From the NCBI GenBank assembly GCA_963707915.1, contig OY970178.1, forward strand, positions 64,001 to 128,000: a stretch of DNA of 64,000 nt, given 5' to 3'. Under the pieces are notes generated by a model. It searched no databases. It had not been told where the DNA came from and saw only the letters and a list, made by a program, of their open reading frames with translations. This stretch comes from Candidatus Eiseniibacteriota bacterium. Its GTDB lineage: Bacteria > Eisenbacteria > RBG-16-71-46. Shown piece after piece: positions 39,412-49,486 of the stretch (position 1 is its first letter; every line of letters begins with the position of its first letter). The position numbers and the translations under genes are program-made.

Positions 39412-42400
39412 ATGCGATTCGTGACGTGGCTGCTGAGGAACCGTCTCCTCGTCCTGCTGGCGACGGCGCTCCTGGTCGTCGGAGGGGTCGTGGCGTGGAC
39501 CCGCCTGCCCATCGACGCCTTCCCGGATGTCACCAACACCCAGGTGATGATCCTCTGCAAGGCCCCGGGCCTCGCCGCCGTCGATGTCGAGCAGCGGGTG
39601 AGCTACCCGATCGAACAGGTGATGCGGGGCCTGCCGAAGGTCCGGCAGGTCCGCTCGATCTCGAAGGCCGGCCTCTCCCAGGTCGTCATCATCTTCGAGG
39701 ATGGCGTGGAGACCTACTGGACCCGCCAGGTGGTCTTCGAGCGGCTGGCGATGGCGCGAGAGCAGCTTCCTCCGGGCGTGGACCCCGAGCTGGGGCCCAC
39801 GAGCACCGGGCTGGGGGAGATCTTCCAGTACACCCTCGAGGGCGAGCGGCAGGACCCGATGGAGCTGCGCACGATCCAGGACTGGCTGGTGGCACCGCTG
39901 CTCAAGCCGATCCCCGGCGTGAACGAGGTCAACAGCTTCGGCGGAACCGTCAAGCAGTACCAGGTACTGCTCGCACCGGAGAGGCTGCTCCAGTACGGGC
40001 TCACGGCCGGCGACGTGGTCGAGGCCGTCGAGCGCAGCAATGCCAACGCCGGCGGCGGCGTGATCGTGAGTGGCTGGGAGCAGGTCTACCTGCGTGGGGT
40101 CGGACTGCTCCAGGACGCGCCCGACATCGAGCGGATCGTGCTCAAGTCGGTGGACGGGACACCGGTCTACGTGCGTGATGTCGCCGAAGTGGTCATCGGC
40201 GCGGAGCCCCGGCAGGGCGCGGTCAGCCGTGACGGCAGGGGCGAAGTGGTCGCCGGGATGATCATCATGCTGAAGGGCGAGAACTCGAAGGATGTGGTGG
40301 GCCGGGTCAAGCAGACGGTCGCCAGGATCCAGGGCACGCTCCCTCCGGGAGTGCGCATCAACGTGTTCTACGACCGCACCTCGCTCATCGAGGCCTGCAT
40401 CGAGACGGTCATGAAGGCGCTGCTCGAGGGGGGCCTGTTCGTGATCCTCGTGCTGTTCCTCTTCCTCGGTGAGTTCCGCACGGCCCTGATCGTGGTCCTC
40501 TCGCTGCCACTGACCTTCCTCGTGACCTTCATCGTCATGGGGCGCGTGGGGCTCACCGCCAACTTGATGAGCCTGGGCGGTCTGGCCTTCGCCGTGGGCA
40601 TGGTGGTGGACGCCTCGATCGTCGTCGTCGAGAACGTGCGGCGGCACCTGGCCGAGCGCCGCGAGCCCGCGGAGAAGCGCCGGGTCGTCGCCGAGGCGGT
40701 GCTCGAGGTCGCACGGCCGGTGGCCTTCTCCGTGCTCATCATCGCCATCGTCCTCGTTCCGTTGTTCACGCTCCAGGGGGTCGAGGGCCGGATGTTCGCC
40801 CCACTCGCCTCGACCATGCTCATCGCCATGCTCGTCTCGCTGGGTGTGGCCCTCCTGGTCGTGCCGGCGCTCTCGGAGGTCCTGCTGCGCCAGGTGCCGG
40901 AGCGGGGGTTCGGCTTCGTCCGGAGGATCCGCCGGGGCTACGCGCGGTTGCTGGAACGCGCGATCCGCCGTCGGAACGTGACCCTGGGCATCAGCCTGGG
41001 CGCGCTGGCCCTTGCCGCATGCCTGGCGCCGCTGCTCGGTACCGAGTTCATGCCGGCGCTCGACGAGGGCTCCCTCGCGATCAACGTGCTGCGCCTGCCG
41101 AACGCCTCGCTGGACGGCTCCGTCCGGGTGGCCGAGTTCATCGAGAAGCGTCTGCTCCGGTTCCCCGAGGTGGCGACCGTGGTGAGCAAGACGGGGCGGG
41201 CGGAGATCTCCGAGGACCCCATGGGCCCCGAGCAGACGGACGTGTTCGTCATGCTCAAGCCGCGCCACCGATGGGGCACGGGCCGGAACAAGAGTCAACT
41301 CGTCGCGGCCATCCAGAGGGACCTGGCCGAGATCCCGGGGCTGCGCTACTCGTTCTCACAGCCGATCGCCCTGCGCGTCAACGAGCTCATCTCCGGAGTG
41401 AAGAGCGACCTCGCCATCAAGGTCTTCGGGCCCGACCTGACGATCCTCAAGGGCTTCGCCGACCGCGCGGCGGCCGCTCTCATGGCGCTTCGTGGCGCCC
41501 AGGACGTCAAGGTCGAGCAGGTGTCGGGCATGAGCCAGCTCGACGTGGTGGTCGACCGGGAGGCCGCCGCTCGCCACGGGATCCGCATCGAGACGGTCAA
41601 CGGGGCCATCGAGACCGCGGTCGCCGGCTGCCAGGCGACCACCCTGATCGAGCAGGAGCGCCGCTTCGCGGTGGTCGTCCGCTTCGCGGAGGAGGCGCGG
41701 CGCGGCATCCCCCAGATCGAGCGCCTGCTCGTCCCCGCTCCGGGCGGCGAGCGCGTCCCGCTCGCCCAGATCGCCAGGTTCCAGCTGGTCGAGGCGCCGG
41801 CCCAGGTCAGCCGCGAGAACGGCATGCGCCGGGTCGTGGTCGAGGCCAACGTGCGGGGCCGGGACCTGGGGGGGTTCGTCCGGGAGGTCCAGGCGGCGCT
41901 GGCCCCGCTCGCCGGGACCCTGCCCACGGGCTACTACCTCGAGTACGGAGGCCAGTTCGAGAACCAGCAGCGTGCCATGCGACAGCTCGCGATCGTCGTG
42001 CCCATCGCCCTGCTGCTCATCATGATCCTCCTCTTCCTGGCACTCGGCTCGTTCCGGAGCGCGATCCTCGTGCTCCTCAACCTGCCCTTCGCGCTCGTGG
42101 GCGGCGTCGTCGCAATCGTGGCCTTCCGCATGCCGCTGTCGGTCTCATCCGCCGTGGCCTTCATCGTGCTCCTCGGCGTCGCGGTGCAGAACGGCGTGGT
42201 GCTGGTGTCCTTCTTCCGGCAATTGCGGGAGCGGGGCGAGAGCGTCGAGGACACGGTCCGCAAGGGGTGCGACCTGCGGTTCCGGCCGCTGGTGATGACG
42301 GCGCTCACCGCGTTCATCGGACAGGCCCCGATGCTGGTCGCGACCGGGTCCGGGGCGGACATCCAGCGGCCGCTCGCCGTCGTCGTGATGGGCGGACTGA

Positions 42401-42483
42401 TCACCAGCACGCTGCTCACCCTGTTCGTGCTGCCGGTGATCTACGGCTGGGCCGAGGGGCGGCGGGAGCGCGGGACGGCGTGA
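39412..42483 (+). CDS. CusA/CzcA family heavy-metal efflux RND permease
   Basis: Motifs 'LPIDAFPDVT', 'NLMSLGGL', 'VDASIVVVEN', 'EFMPALDEG', 'GGQFENQQRA' and 'RFRPLVMTA'. Confidence 0.93.
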   Translation: MRFVTWLLRNRLLVLLATALLVVGGVVAWTRLPIDAFPDVTNTQVMILCKAPGLAAVDVEQRVSYPIEQVMRGLPKVRQVRSISKAGLSQVVIIFEDGVETYWTRQVVFERLAMAREQLPPGVDPELGPTSTGLGEIFQYTLEGERQDPMELRTIQDWLVAPLLKPIPGVNEVNSFGGTVKQYQVLLAPERLLQYGLTAGDVVEAVERSNANAGGGVIVSGWEQVYLRGVGLLQDAPDIERIVLKSVDGTPVYVRDVAEVVIGAEPRQGAVSRDGRGEVVAGMIIMLKGENSKDVVGRVKQTVARIQGTLPPGVRINVFYDRTSLIEACIETVMKALLEGGLFVILVLFLFLGEFRTALIVVLSLPLTFLVTFIVMGRVGLTANLMSLGGLAFAVGMVVDASIVVVENVRRHLAERREPAEKRRVVAEAVLEVARPVAFSVLIIAIVLVPLFTLQGVEGRMFAPLASTMLIAMLVSLGVALLVVPALSEVLLRQVPERGFGFVRRIRRGYARLLERAIRRRNVTLGISLGALALAACLAPLLGTEFMPALDEGSLAINVLRLPNASLDGSVRVAEFIEKRLLRFPEVATVVSKTGRAEISEDPMGPEQTDVFVMLKPRHRWGTGRNKSQLVAAIQRDLAEIPGLRYSFSQPIALRVNELISGVKSDLAIKVFGPDLTILKGFADRAAAALMALRGAQDVKVEQVSGMSQLDVVVDREAAARHGIRIETVNGAIETAVAGCQATTLIEQERRFAVVVRFAEEARRGIPQIERLLVPAPGGERVPLAQIARFQLVEAPAQVSRENGMRRVVVEANVRGRDLGGFVREVQAALAPLAGTLPTGYYLEYGGQFENQQRAMRQLAIVVPIALLLIMILLFLALGSFRSAILVLLNLPFALVGGVVAIVAFRMPLSVSSAVAFIVLLGVAVQNGVVLVSFFRQLRERGESVEDTVRKGCDLRFRPLVMTALTAFIGQAPMLVATGSGADIQRPLAVVVMGGLITSTLLTLFVLPVIYGWAEGRRERGTA

Positions 42484-42546
42484 CGGATGCCAGGCCCGGG
42501 CCCGGCCGCTGCGAGGCGGGCCGGGCCCGGGTCGCTGCCGCGCCGT

Positions 42547-45500
42547 CTACCTGCGCTTGCCGGTCGTCGGCGGGGGCGGTTCCTTCATCATGCGCTGGAC
42601 GGGCTTCTCCCTGAGCTGCTTCATCGCCACGTCGACGGCGCGCTCGAGCTGCGGGTCGTGGCCGGCGATCACGTCCTTCGGCCAGTTCTCCACGTCCACG
42701 TCGGGCGCCACGCCCTCGTTCTCGACCGCCCAGCGTGCCGTCGGCGGCGAAGAAGCCGCCGCGCGGCGCGATCATCGAGCCGCCGTCCACGAACGGCGGC
42801 GTGTCCGCGGTGTGCACGAGCCCGCCCCACGTGCGCTTGCCGACCAGCGTGCCCACCTTGTGCGAGCGGAACATGTAGGGGAGGTAGTCGCCGCCCGAGC
42901 CCGCCATCTCGTTGATCACCATGACCTTCGGCCCCCAGATCCCGGCCGCCGGGCTGGTGAAGGGGACGCGATCGCCGGCCACGTTGTTGAAGTAGCCGTC
43001 GAACCAGCGCTGCATGACCTCGATCATGTAGTCGGCCGCCGAGCCTCCGCCGTTCCAGCGCTCGTCGACCACCACGCCCTTCCGGTCCTGCTGCGAGAAG
43101 TAGTAGCGGTTGAAGCTCGAGTAGCCCGGCTGGCCGGTGTTGGGCAGGTAGACGTAGGCGAGCTGCCCGCCGGAGAGCCGGTCCACCAGCCGGCGGTTCG
43201 ACTCGACCCAGGCGCGCGTGCGCAGGGTCTGCTCGCTGGCGACCGGCACCACCGTGATCGTGCGCGCACCGTCCATGGTCGGGCGGCCGTTCACGGTCAG
43301 CACGGTCTGCCGGTTCGCGGTGCCGTCGAGCAGCCGGTAGAGGTTGTCGGGTGCGCGCAGCTCCTCGCCGTTGACCGCCAGCACGTAGTCGCCGACCGCC
43401 ACGTTCACGCCGGGCACGGCGAGCGGCGCCTTGAGGTCGGGGTTCCAGCTCTCGTTGTCGTAGATGCGCGCGATCCGGTAACGGTCCGCGTCGACGGCGA
43501 AGTCCGCGCCGAGCAGCCCGCCGGTGACCGCCGGCACCTCGGGCATGTCCCCCCCGCGCACGTACGAATGGCCGATCGCGATCTCGGCACCCATCATGTC
43601 GAGCAGGTAGTTGAGGTCGGCGCGGTGCCGCACGTACGGCAGGAACTGGCCGTACATCTCGCGCATCTTCGGCCAGTCGGTGCCGTGCAGGTTGGGCACG
43701 TAGAGGTAATCGCGCTGGTTGCGCCAGCCCTCGTGGAAGATCTGCGCGAACTCGGCCTGGGGGTCGAGCCACATGCGCAGCGACACGGACAGCTTGCCTG
43801 CGCCCGCGGCCGGCGGCGACTTGTCGGCGTCCACCAGGAAGAGGCCCGGCGCGGAGGGCCGCGGGGGCGGGCCGCCGGGGGCGGAACCGCCCGCGGGCGC
43901 GGCGGCGCGGTAGACGAGCTTCTTGCCGTCTGCGCTGACCGCGAAGTCGGCCACTTCGCTCGCGAACGTGACGGCCTTGCGCTCGCTCAGCTGGTAGCGG
44001 ACGAGCGTGCCGCCGCCCCCGGATCCACCGCCCTCGCCGCGCGCCGCGGCTTCGAGGTAGAAGATCGTGCCCGCGCGGCCGGCGGCGAGGTGCGCGTACT
44101 GCCTCTCGGGCACGCCGGGCACCGGGACGATGCGCGACTGCATGCCGTCGAAATCGATCGCCACCGCGACCGCGGGCTTCGCGGGCTTGCCGCTCTTCCC
44201 CGCGCCCGCGGGCTTCGCGGGCATCCCGCTCCTCGCCGCGGCGGTCGTGTCGCCGGCGGTCGCCGGCGCGATGCCGCCGTCCTCGTCGCTCTCGGGCAGC
44301 AGCGGGCTCGCCTCGCTCTTCCCGAGCACGGCCAGGTAGAGCCCGAAGTTCTCCTCGCGGTCGTACGAGGTCATGTCGAGCCACTGCGATCGCAGGCCGT
44401 AGTCGGTCGAGGCCAGGAACCAGAGGTACTTCCCGCCCGCGTCCCACACCGGGCAGGTCGCGTCGGCAAGGCCGTCGGTCACCTGGTGCGACTCGCCGCT
44501 CTCGACGTCCGCGACGAAGATCGCACGGAAGAGCGAGTTCAGGTGCGCCGCGTACGCCACGTAGCGGGAGTCCGGGCTCCAGGTCGGGAACGTCGTGCGA
44601 GCCGGCACCATCCAGGGGTCGCTGCCCACGACCTTCGCCCGGCCGCTCGCCACGTCCAGCACCCACAGGCGCAGGTTGGTGTCGTGATAGAGGATCTTCC
44701 TCGAGTCCGGCGACCACGAGACCGTGTAGTAGTGCGACGGATCCGGGAGCGGGATCGCGCGCTGCGGCAGGATGCCGCTGGGGTCCTCGATCACCAGCTG
44801 GTATTCGCCGGAACGGTCGCTGAACCAGCACACGTACTTGCCGTCGGGCGACCACGCGGGGTCGCGCTCGGCCGAGCCGCTCGAGCGGGTCAGGTTGCGC
44901 GTGTCGCCCTTCTCGCCGGGGATCGCGAAGATCTCGCCGCGGGCCTCCACCAGCACGCGCTTGCCGGTCGGCGAGAGTGCCAGGTTCGTGACGCGGCCGG
45001 AGACGTCCTCCCAGTGCGGCATGGCCCACGGGAAGTCGCCGGTGGCCGTGACCTCCACCACGTGCTCGCGGTTCGTCTTCGGGTCCAGCTCGTGGAGGAC
45101 GCCCGCCTGCTCGAACACCACCGCGTCCGGGCCCGCGTCGAGCGTCTTCACGTCGAAGTCGGTGAACTTCGTCGCCTGCGTGAGCGCCTTCGACCGGGTG
45201 TCGTACGCCCAGACGTTGGCCACGCCGTCGCGGTCGGAGATGAAGTACACGACCTGGCCGAGCCACACCGGATCCATGTCCTTGGAGCCGTCCCAGGGCG
45301 GGGTCTCGGTCTCGAACGTCTTGAGGTCGGTGATCCACACCGGACGGTTCTGGCCGCCGCGGTAGTTGCGGCGCTCCTCGTCCCACGAGTTGTTGGGCCG
45401 GTACGCGATGCGCGTGCCGTCCGGCGAGATGCGGCCCTGGTAGGCGCGCGGCAGGGGCAGCGCCACCTCCGGACCGCCGGTGGCGGGCACGGTCCAGAAG

Positions 45501-45931
45501 CGCGGCGCGGGGCTCGGCGCCTGGGACGCCCGGCCCGACGCGAACACGACCGACCTGCCGTCCGGCGTCCAGCCCTGCACCTGGTCGGGGCCGGGGTGCC
45601 AGGTGAGGCGCTTCGGCTCGCCGCCGCCCGCGGGCATGGTGTAGACGTCGAGGTTGCCCGCGTACTCGCCGCTGAACGCGATCCACCGTCCGTCGGGGGA
45701 GAAGCGGGGGTTCGAGGCCTGCCCCTGGAAGCTGGTCAGGCGTCGTGCCGTGCCGCCCGCGCGGTCCACCACCCAGATGTTCTGGGCGTAGGCGAACGCG
45801 ATCTGCGTGGCGCTCACGCCCGGCGAGCGGAGCATGCGAGTGGGGCCGGGCTCTGCCGCGGACGCGCAGGCCGCGGCGGCGGCCAGGCAAGCGAGAGCGG
45901 CGAGCGCGCGGAGTGCGAAACGCTGCGGCAT
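42547..45931 (-). CDS. Secreted tricorn-like S41 protease (beta-propellers, PDZ, S41), frameshifted near 42735
   Basis: Signal peptide and PD40 repeats (FSPDG, WSPDG). Motifs 'DERWNGGG', 'AGSGGD' and 'GKRTWGG'. The canonical end 'WAVENEGVAPDVDV...DPQLERA' continues in another frame to a TAG at 42547. Confidence 0.87.
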
Positions 45932-46109
45932 GGGGGAGCCTCCGGTGAAGGTCCTGGGCGGGCGGGTGCCTGTGGATGCGAGGCCGACGGTGCGCGGGCC
46001 CCAGTCTACGCCCGCACGGACGGCCCGCTCCAGCGGCCCGTCGCCGGGCAGGCGCCGGGCCCGGCGGCCATCGCGGCCACCGGGCCCGGGTTCGCGCGCC
46101 CGCCTCGTG

Positions 46110-46688
46110 CTAGGCCTTCATCATCTCCTCGTAGACCTTCTTCGACTCCGCGCGCACCTCGTCGTGGATGCTGCGGCCGTGCGAGTCCATGGTGACGATC
46201 ACGGGGAAGTCCTCGACCCGGGTGACCCAGAAGGCCTCGGGCGTGCCGAACTCCTCGAGCTTGTGGACGGCGACGACCTCCTTGACCGACTGCGCGATCG
46301 AGGTGCCGCAGCCGCCGACCGCGTGGAAGTAGACCGCGCCGAACCTGCGGCAGGCCTCGAGCGTGGCCGCACCCATGCCGCCCTTGCCGATCACGCCGCG
46401 CACCCCGTAGCTCTCGATCACCTTCGCCTGGTAGGGCTCCTCGCGGGCGCTGGTGGTGGGGCCGGCGGCGACGAACGACCAGCGCGCGCCCTCCTTCTTC
46501 ACCACCGGGCCGCAGTGGTAGATGACGCCCCCGCGCAGCAGGTCGTCGAGGAACGCCGGCCGCTCCTCCACCATCAGCTTGTGGCCCGCGTCGCGGGCGG
46601 TGACGACGATCCCGGTGAGCAGCACCGTGTCGCCGACCTTCAACTCGCGGATCTTCGCCTCGGGGATCGGGATCTCAAGCCGGATCAT
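46110..46688 (-). CDS. Fe-S hydro-lyase (class I fumarate hydratase/tartrate dehydratase) beta subunit
   Basis: Motifs 'TARDAGH', 'YHCGP', 'AGPTTSAR', 'IGKGGM' and 'DSHG'. Confidence 0.92.
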   Translation of the reverse strand: MIRLEIPIPEAKIRELKVGDTVLLTGIVVTARDAGHKLMVEERPAFLDDLLRGGVIYHCGPVVKKEGARWSFVAAGPTTSAREEPYQAKVIESYGVRGVIGKGGMGAATLEACRRFGAVYFHAVGGCGTSIAQSVKEVVAVHKLEEFGTPEAFWVTRVEDFPVIVTMDSHGRSIHDEVRAESKKVYEEMMKA

Positions 46689-47553
46689 ACGTAGCCTCCC
46701 CGTTCCTGAGCGTCATCTCCTTGCGCCGGCAGGCCCAGCACATGTACGAGATGGCGACGTAGAAGGTGGCCGGATGGCGGTGCTGCCAGGCGGCGAACAC
46801 GCCCAGCACGGTGGTCTTCCCGCCGAAGCCCATCGGCCCGATGCCGAGCCGGTTGAGGTCGGCGTGCAGCTCCTTCTCGAACGCGTCGAGCGCGGGGTCC
46901 TCGTTGGCCGAGCCGAGCCGGCGGAAGAACTGCTCCTTCGACAGCAGGTAGGAGGTCGAGCGGTCCCCGCCGATCCCCACGCCGATCACGCCGGGTGCGC
47001 AGCCCATCCCCTGGGCCTTGTAGACGGCGTCGAGCACGCACTTGCGGACGCCCTTGAGGTCGCGGCCGGCGCCGAGCGCGGTGTCGGGCAGCTTGTACTG
47101 CGTCCCGACGTTCTCGCTGCCGCCGCCCTTGAGCATCAGCCTCACGCGCACCTCCTCCTTCTCCCACGCCTTGAACGTGACGTAGGGCGCGTTGATCCCG
47201 ACGTTCGTCCCGGTGTTCTTGCCGGTGAGCGGGTTCACCGCGTTCGGGCGCAGCAGGACGTCCTTCGTCGCCTTCTCGGCCGCCTGCTCGATCGCCCGGC
47301 GGAAGGCGATGGTGTCGAGGCCGACCGGGTGATGGACATAGAAGATCATCGAGCCGGTGTCCTGGCAGATCGGCGTGCCGGCGCGGCGCGCCATCTCGAC
47401 GTTGTCGACGATGGCGCCGAAGGCGTTCGCCGAGGTGCTCCCCGGCAGCTCCCTGCCCTGCGCCGCCCGCAGGGCCGCCTCCACGTCCGAGGGCAGCTCG
47501 GTCGAGGCGCTCCGGATCAACGTGTGCAGCTGCTGCACGAGTCTCTCGCTCAT
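46675..47553 (-). CDS. Fe-S hydro-lyase (class I fumarate hydratase/tartrate dehydratase) alpha subunit
   Basis: Motifs 'PICQDTG', 'KGGGSEN', 'GCAPG', 'GIGPMGFGGKTT', 'HPA' and 'CWACR'. Confidence 0.92.
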   Translation of the reverse strand: MSERLVQQLHTLIRSASTELPSDVEAALRAAQGRELPGSTSANAFGAIVDNVEMARRAGTPICQDTGSMIFYVHHPVGLDTIAFRRAIEQAAEKATKDVLLRPNAVNPLTGKNTGTNVGINAPYVTFKAWEKEEVRVRLMLKGGGSENVGTQYKLPDTALGAGRDLKGVRKCVLDAVYKAQGMGCAPGVIGVGIGGDRSTSYLLSKEQFFRRLGSANEDPALDAFEKELHADLNRLGIGPMGFGGKTTVLGVFAAWQHRHPATFYVAISYMCWACRRKEMTLRNGEATYDPA

Positions 47554-47593
47554 GAGCCACTCCTGGGTGGGGACGCACGCGGCCTGCCGGCGG

Positions 47594-47622
47594 ATTCTAG
47601 GAGCGGGGAAGCGGGGCCGCAA
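47594..47622 (-). promoter_or_regulatory. Probable sigma70 promoter of the fumarate hydratase operon
   Basis: Minus strand TTGCGG-17 bp-TAGAAT, 40 bp upstream of the start codon. Confidence 0.55.
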
Positions 47623-47637
47623 ACGCGGCGGTTCCCA

Positions 47638-48916
47638 GGTGATGTACCAGTGTTTGTGTCAGGGACAAGGAAGGGGGTACTCCAACAGAGGCAGGGCCAA
47701 CCACCTCAAGGAGGTACCCCCATGCAGCAGGTCGCTGCGGTGCGCAGTGTGAAGCAGGCGGTGCGGATGCTCAAGTCGATGGCGGTGCAGGCGCCGGAGT
47801 GGAACGAGCTGAGGCAGGCGAGCCAGGCCGCGGTCCGGCGGGTGATCGAGGAGCGGATGCACGGCCTGGTGGGCAACCGGATCGCCGAACTGGCCGCGGC
47901 CGGGGTCGCTGACCGCCGCAATGGCAGCTACCGCCGCTGGCTGTGGCATGAGGTCGGCGTCCTGGAGTTGCAGGTGCCACGCTCCCGGACCTACAGCGCG
48001 GTCGCCGTGCTGGGCCGCTATGCCCGGCGGGTGCCCCAACTCGAGCGGGTGATCCTGGCCGGCTTCGTCCTCGGGCTTTCGACCCGCAAGGTGGGCGAGG
48101 CGCTGCTGCCCCTGCTGGGCGAGCGGGTCAGCCCGGCGACGGTGAGCCGGGTGGCGCGGGGCCTGGATGAGGCGGCCGCCGCGTTCCATCGTCGCCCGCT
48201 CGCCAACCGTTACCGGGCCGTGCTGCTCGATGGCGTGGTGCTGGCCCGCAAGAGCGGCGCCGGGGCGTTGCGCCGGCCCGTGCTGGTGGCGCTCGGGATC
48301 ACGCTCGCCGGGAAGAAGGAGATCCTCGACTTCCGCCTCGCCCCGGCCGAGAGCCAGCCGGCCTGGGAGGCGTTCCTCAACGATCTCTATGCCCGCGGGC
48401 TCACCGGCGAGGGCCTCACCCTGATCGCCACCGATGGCGGTGCCGGTCTGCTCGCCGCGCTGCCGCTGGTCTACCCGCGGGTCCGGGTCGGCCGCTGCTG
48501 GGCCCACAAGACCCGCAACATCCTCGACAAGGTGCGAGACACCGACCGCGAGCGGGTCAAGCGCGACCTGCACCGCATCAGCCACGCAGTCAACCGCACC
48601 ACTGCACGAGCGGCCGCCCGGCACCTGGTCGACCGCTGGCACACCCGCTACCCGGCCGCGGTCCGCTGCCTGCAGCAGGACCTCGAGGACCTGCTGGCGT
48701 TCTTCGCCTTCGACGATTCCGCCTGGCGCCAGGCCACCCGCACCACCAACGCCATCGAACGCCGCTTCCGCGAGGTCCGCAGAAGAACGCGCCCCATGGG
48801 GGTCTTCAGTGACCGCACCTCCATGGAGCGCATCCTGTTCGCCGTCTTCACCTACGAAAACCACAAGGCCGGAACCTCAGCCCCCTTCCTCCTGACACAT
48901 GACTCTTGACGCTACC
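47638..48916 (+). mobile_element. IS256-family insertion sequence (1279 bp) with 8-bp target-site duplication
   Basis: GGTTCCCA flanks both ends (47630-47637 and 48917-48924). Imperfect 26-bp terminal IRs: GGTGATGTACCAGTGTTTGTGTCAGG and reverse complement GGTAGCGTCAAGAGTCATGTGTCAGG. Confidence 0.93.
47722..48909 (+). CDS. IS256 family (Mutator-like) DDE transposase
   Basis: AAGGAGG RBS. Motifs 'RNGSYRR', 'GLSTRKV', D in 'LLDGV', D in 'TDGGAGL', 'CWAHK' and E in 'TTNAIER'. Confidence 0.94.
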   Translation: MQQVAAVRSVKQAVRMLKSMAVQAPEWNELRQASQAAVRRVIEERMHGLVGNRIAELAAAGVADRRNGSYRRWLWHEVGVLELQVPRSRTYSAVAVLGRYARRVPQLERVILAGFVLGLSTRKVGEALLPLLGERVSPATVSRVARGLDEAAAAFHRRPLANRYRAVLLDGVVLARKSGAGALRRPVLVALGITLAGKKEILDFRLAPAESQPAWEAFLNDLYARGLTGEGLTLIATDGGAGLLAALPLVYPRVRVGRCWAHKTRNILDKVRDTDRERVKRDLHRISHAVNRTTARAAARHLVDRWHTRYPAAVRCLQQDLEDLLAFFAFDDSAWRQATRTTNAIERRFREVRRRTRPMGVFSDRTSMERILFAVFTYENHKAGTSAPFLLTHDS

Positions 48917-48953
48917 GGTTCCCACCGATACGCCCGGTGCTCACCGAGCGAGC

Positions 48954-49020
48954 TGGGGGCCGGGAGGGTGTTGGGCGAGCGCATGGTGCCTCTGCTCGCC
49001 CAACACCCTCCCGGCCCCCA
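48954..49020. repeat. Perfect 27-bp inverted repeat with a 13-nt loop
   Basis: TGGGGGCCGGGAGGGTGTTGGGCGAGC (48954-48980) and GCTCGCCCAACACCCTCCCGGCCCCCA (48994-49020). Confidence 0.92.
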
Positions 49021-49278
49021 AGCTCCACGCGCGACCGCAGCGACCCGCGCCATGCGCGCCGCCCGGCGGTCCCTGCGCCTCCGCGTTGCGAACTGCACGG
49101 GCCGCCCGCTCCGCGTATCTGCCGGTGTGGTCGAGACAGTTCCGCGAGCGGGCTCGACGGTCATGGTGGGCCGTCCGGCTACTTGACGCCGACCGGCGCG
49201 ACGGGTTTCAATTGTGCTGTGAGTTCGGGCGGCATCGGTCGCCGGACCCGCACCGGATCGACGAGGAAGGCGACGTCC

Positions 49279-49359
49279 ATGCTCCGTATCTCCCGCAACC
49301 GATGGTGGTGGTGCTCGCGCCAGGGCAGCGGGAGGAGTGTGGGTCCGCGCATCACCTGA
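49279..49359 (+). CDS. trpL: Tryptophan attenuator leader peptide [26 protein letters not shown]
   Basis: GAGGAAGG RBS. Three tandem TGG codons at 49303-49311, directly upstream of a terminator and a trpB-like gene. Confidence 0.88.
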   Translation: MLRISRNRWWWCSRQGSGRSVGPRIT

Positions 49360-49415
49360 TCCAGGCCTGACCCACTCCGGTTCCACCCGCTGCAGGCGTC
49401 CTGCGGCGGGTTTTT
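49325..49415 (+). promoter_or_regulatory. Transcription attenuator (antiterminator plus intrinsic terminator)
   Basis: Terminator ACCCGCTGCAGG-cgt-CCTGCGGCGGGT-TTTT (49385-49415). GCAGCGGG (49325-49332) can pair with its 5' arm CCCGCTGC (49386-49393). Confidence 0.85.
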
Positions 49416-49486
49416 CGTATCCACGCCGCGGGTCGCGGAGAGACCGAAGCCAGGCCAGTCCCACACCCCCTACGCGAGGAGAGACG

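Noticed and set aside
36231..42483. Metal-efflux operon as a genomic island
   Set aside because: Only a subjective shift in codon usage. No integrase, tRNA or flanking direct repeats were seen.
42557..46195. 1212-aa plus-strand ORF and similar very long ORFs (8674..11208 -, 11888..14317 -, 30613..33420 -, 31839..34571 +, 28027..30612 -)
   Set aside because: These are antisense or off-frame shadows of well-supported genes. They are R/G/A/P-rich, lack motifs, and are expected from stop-codon scarcity at high GC.
48906..48935. Hybrid promoter from the IS right-end TTGACG driving trpL-trpB2
   Set aside because: The hexamer at 17-bp spacing is TACGCC, a poor -10. Another TTGACG at 49183 is a closer candidate, but its -10 is also weak.
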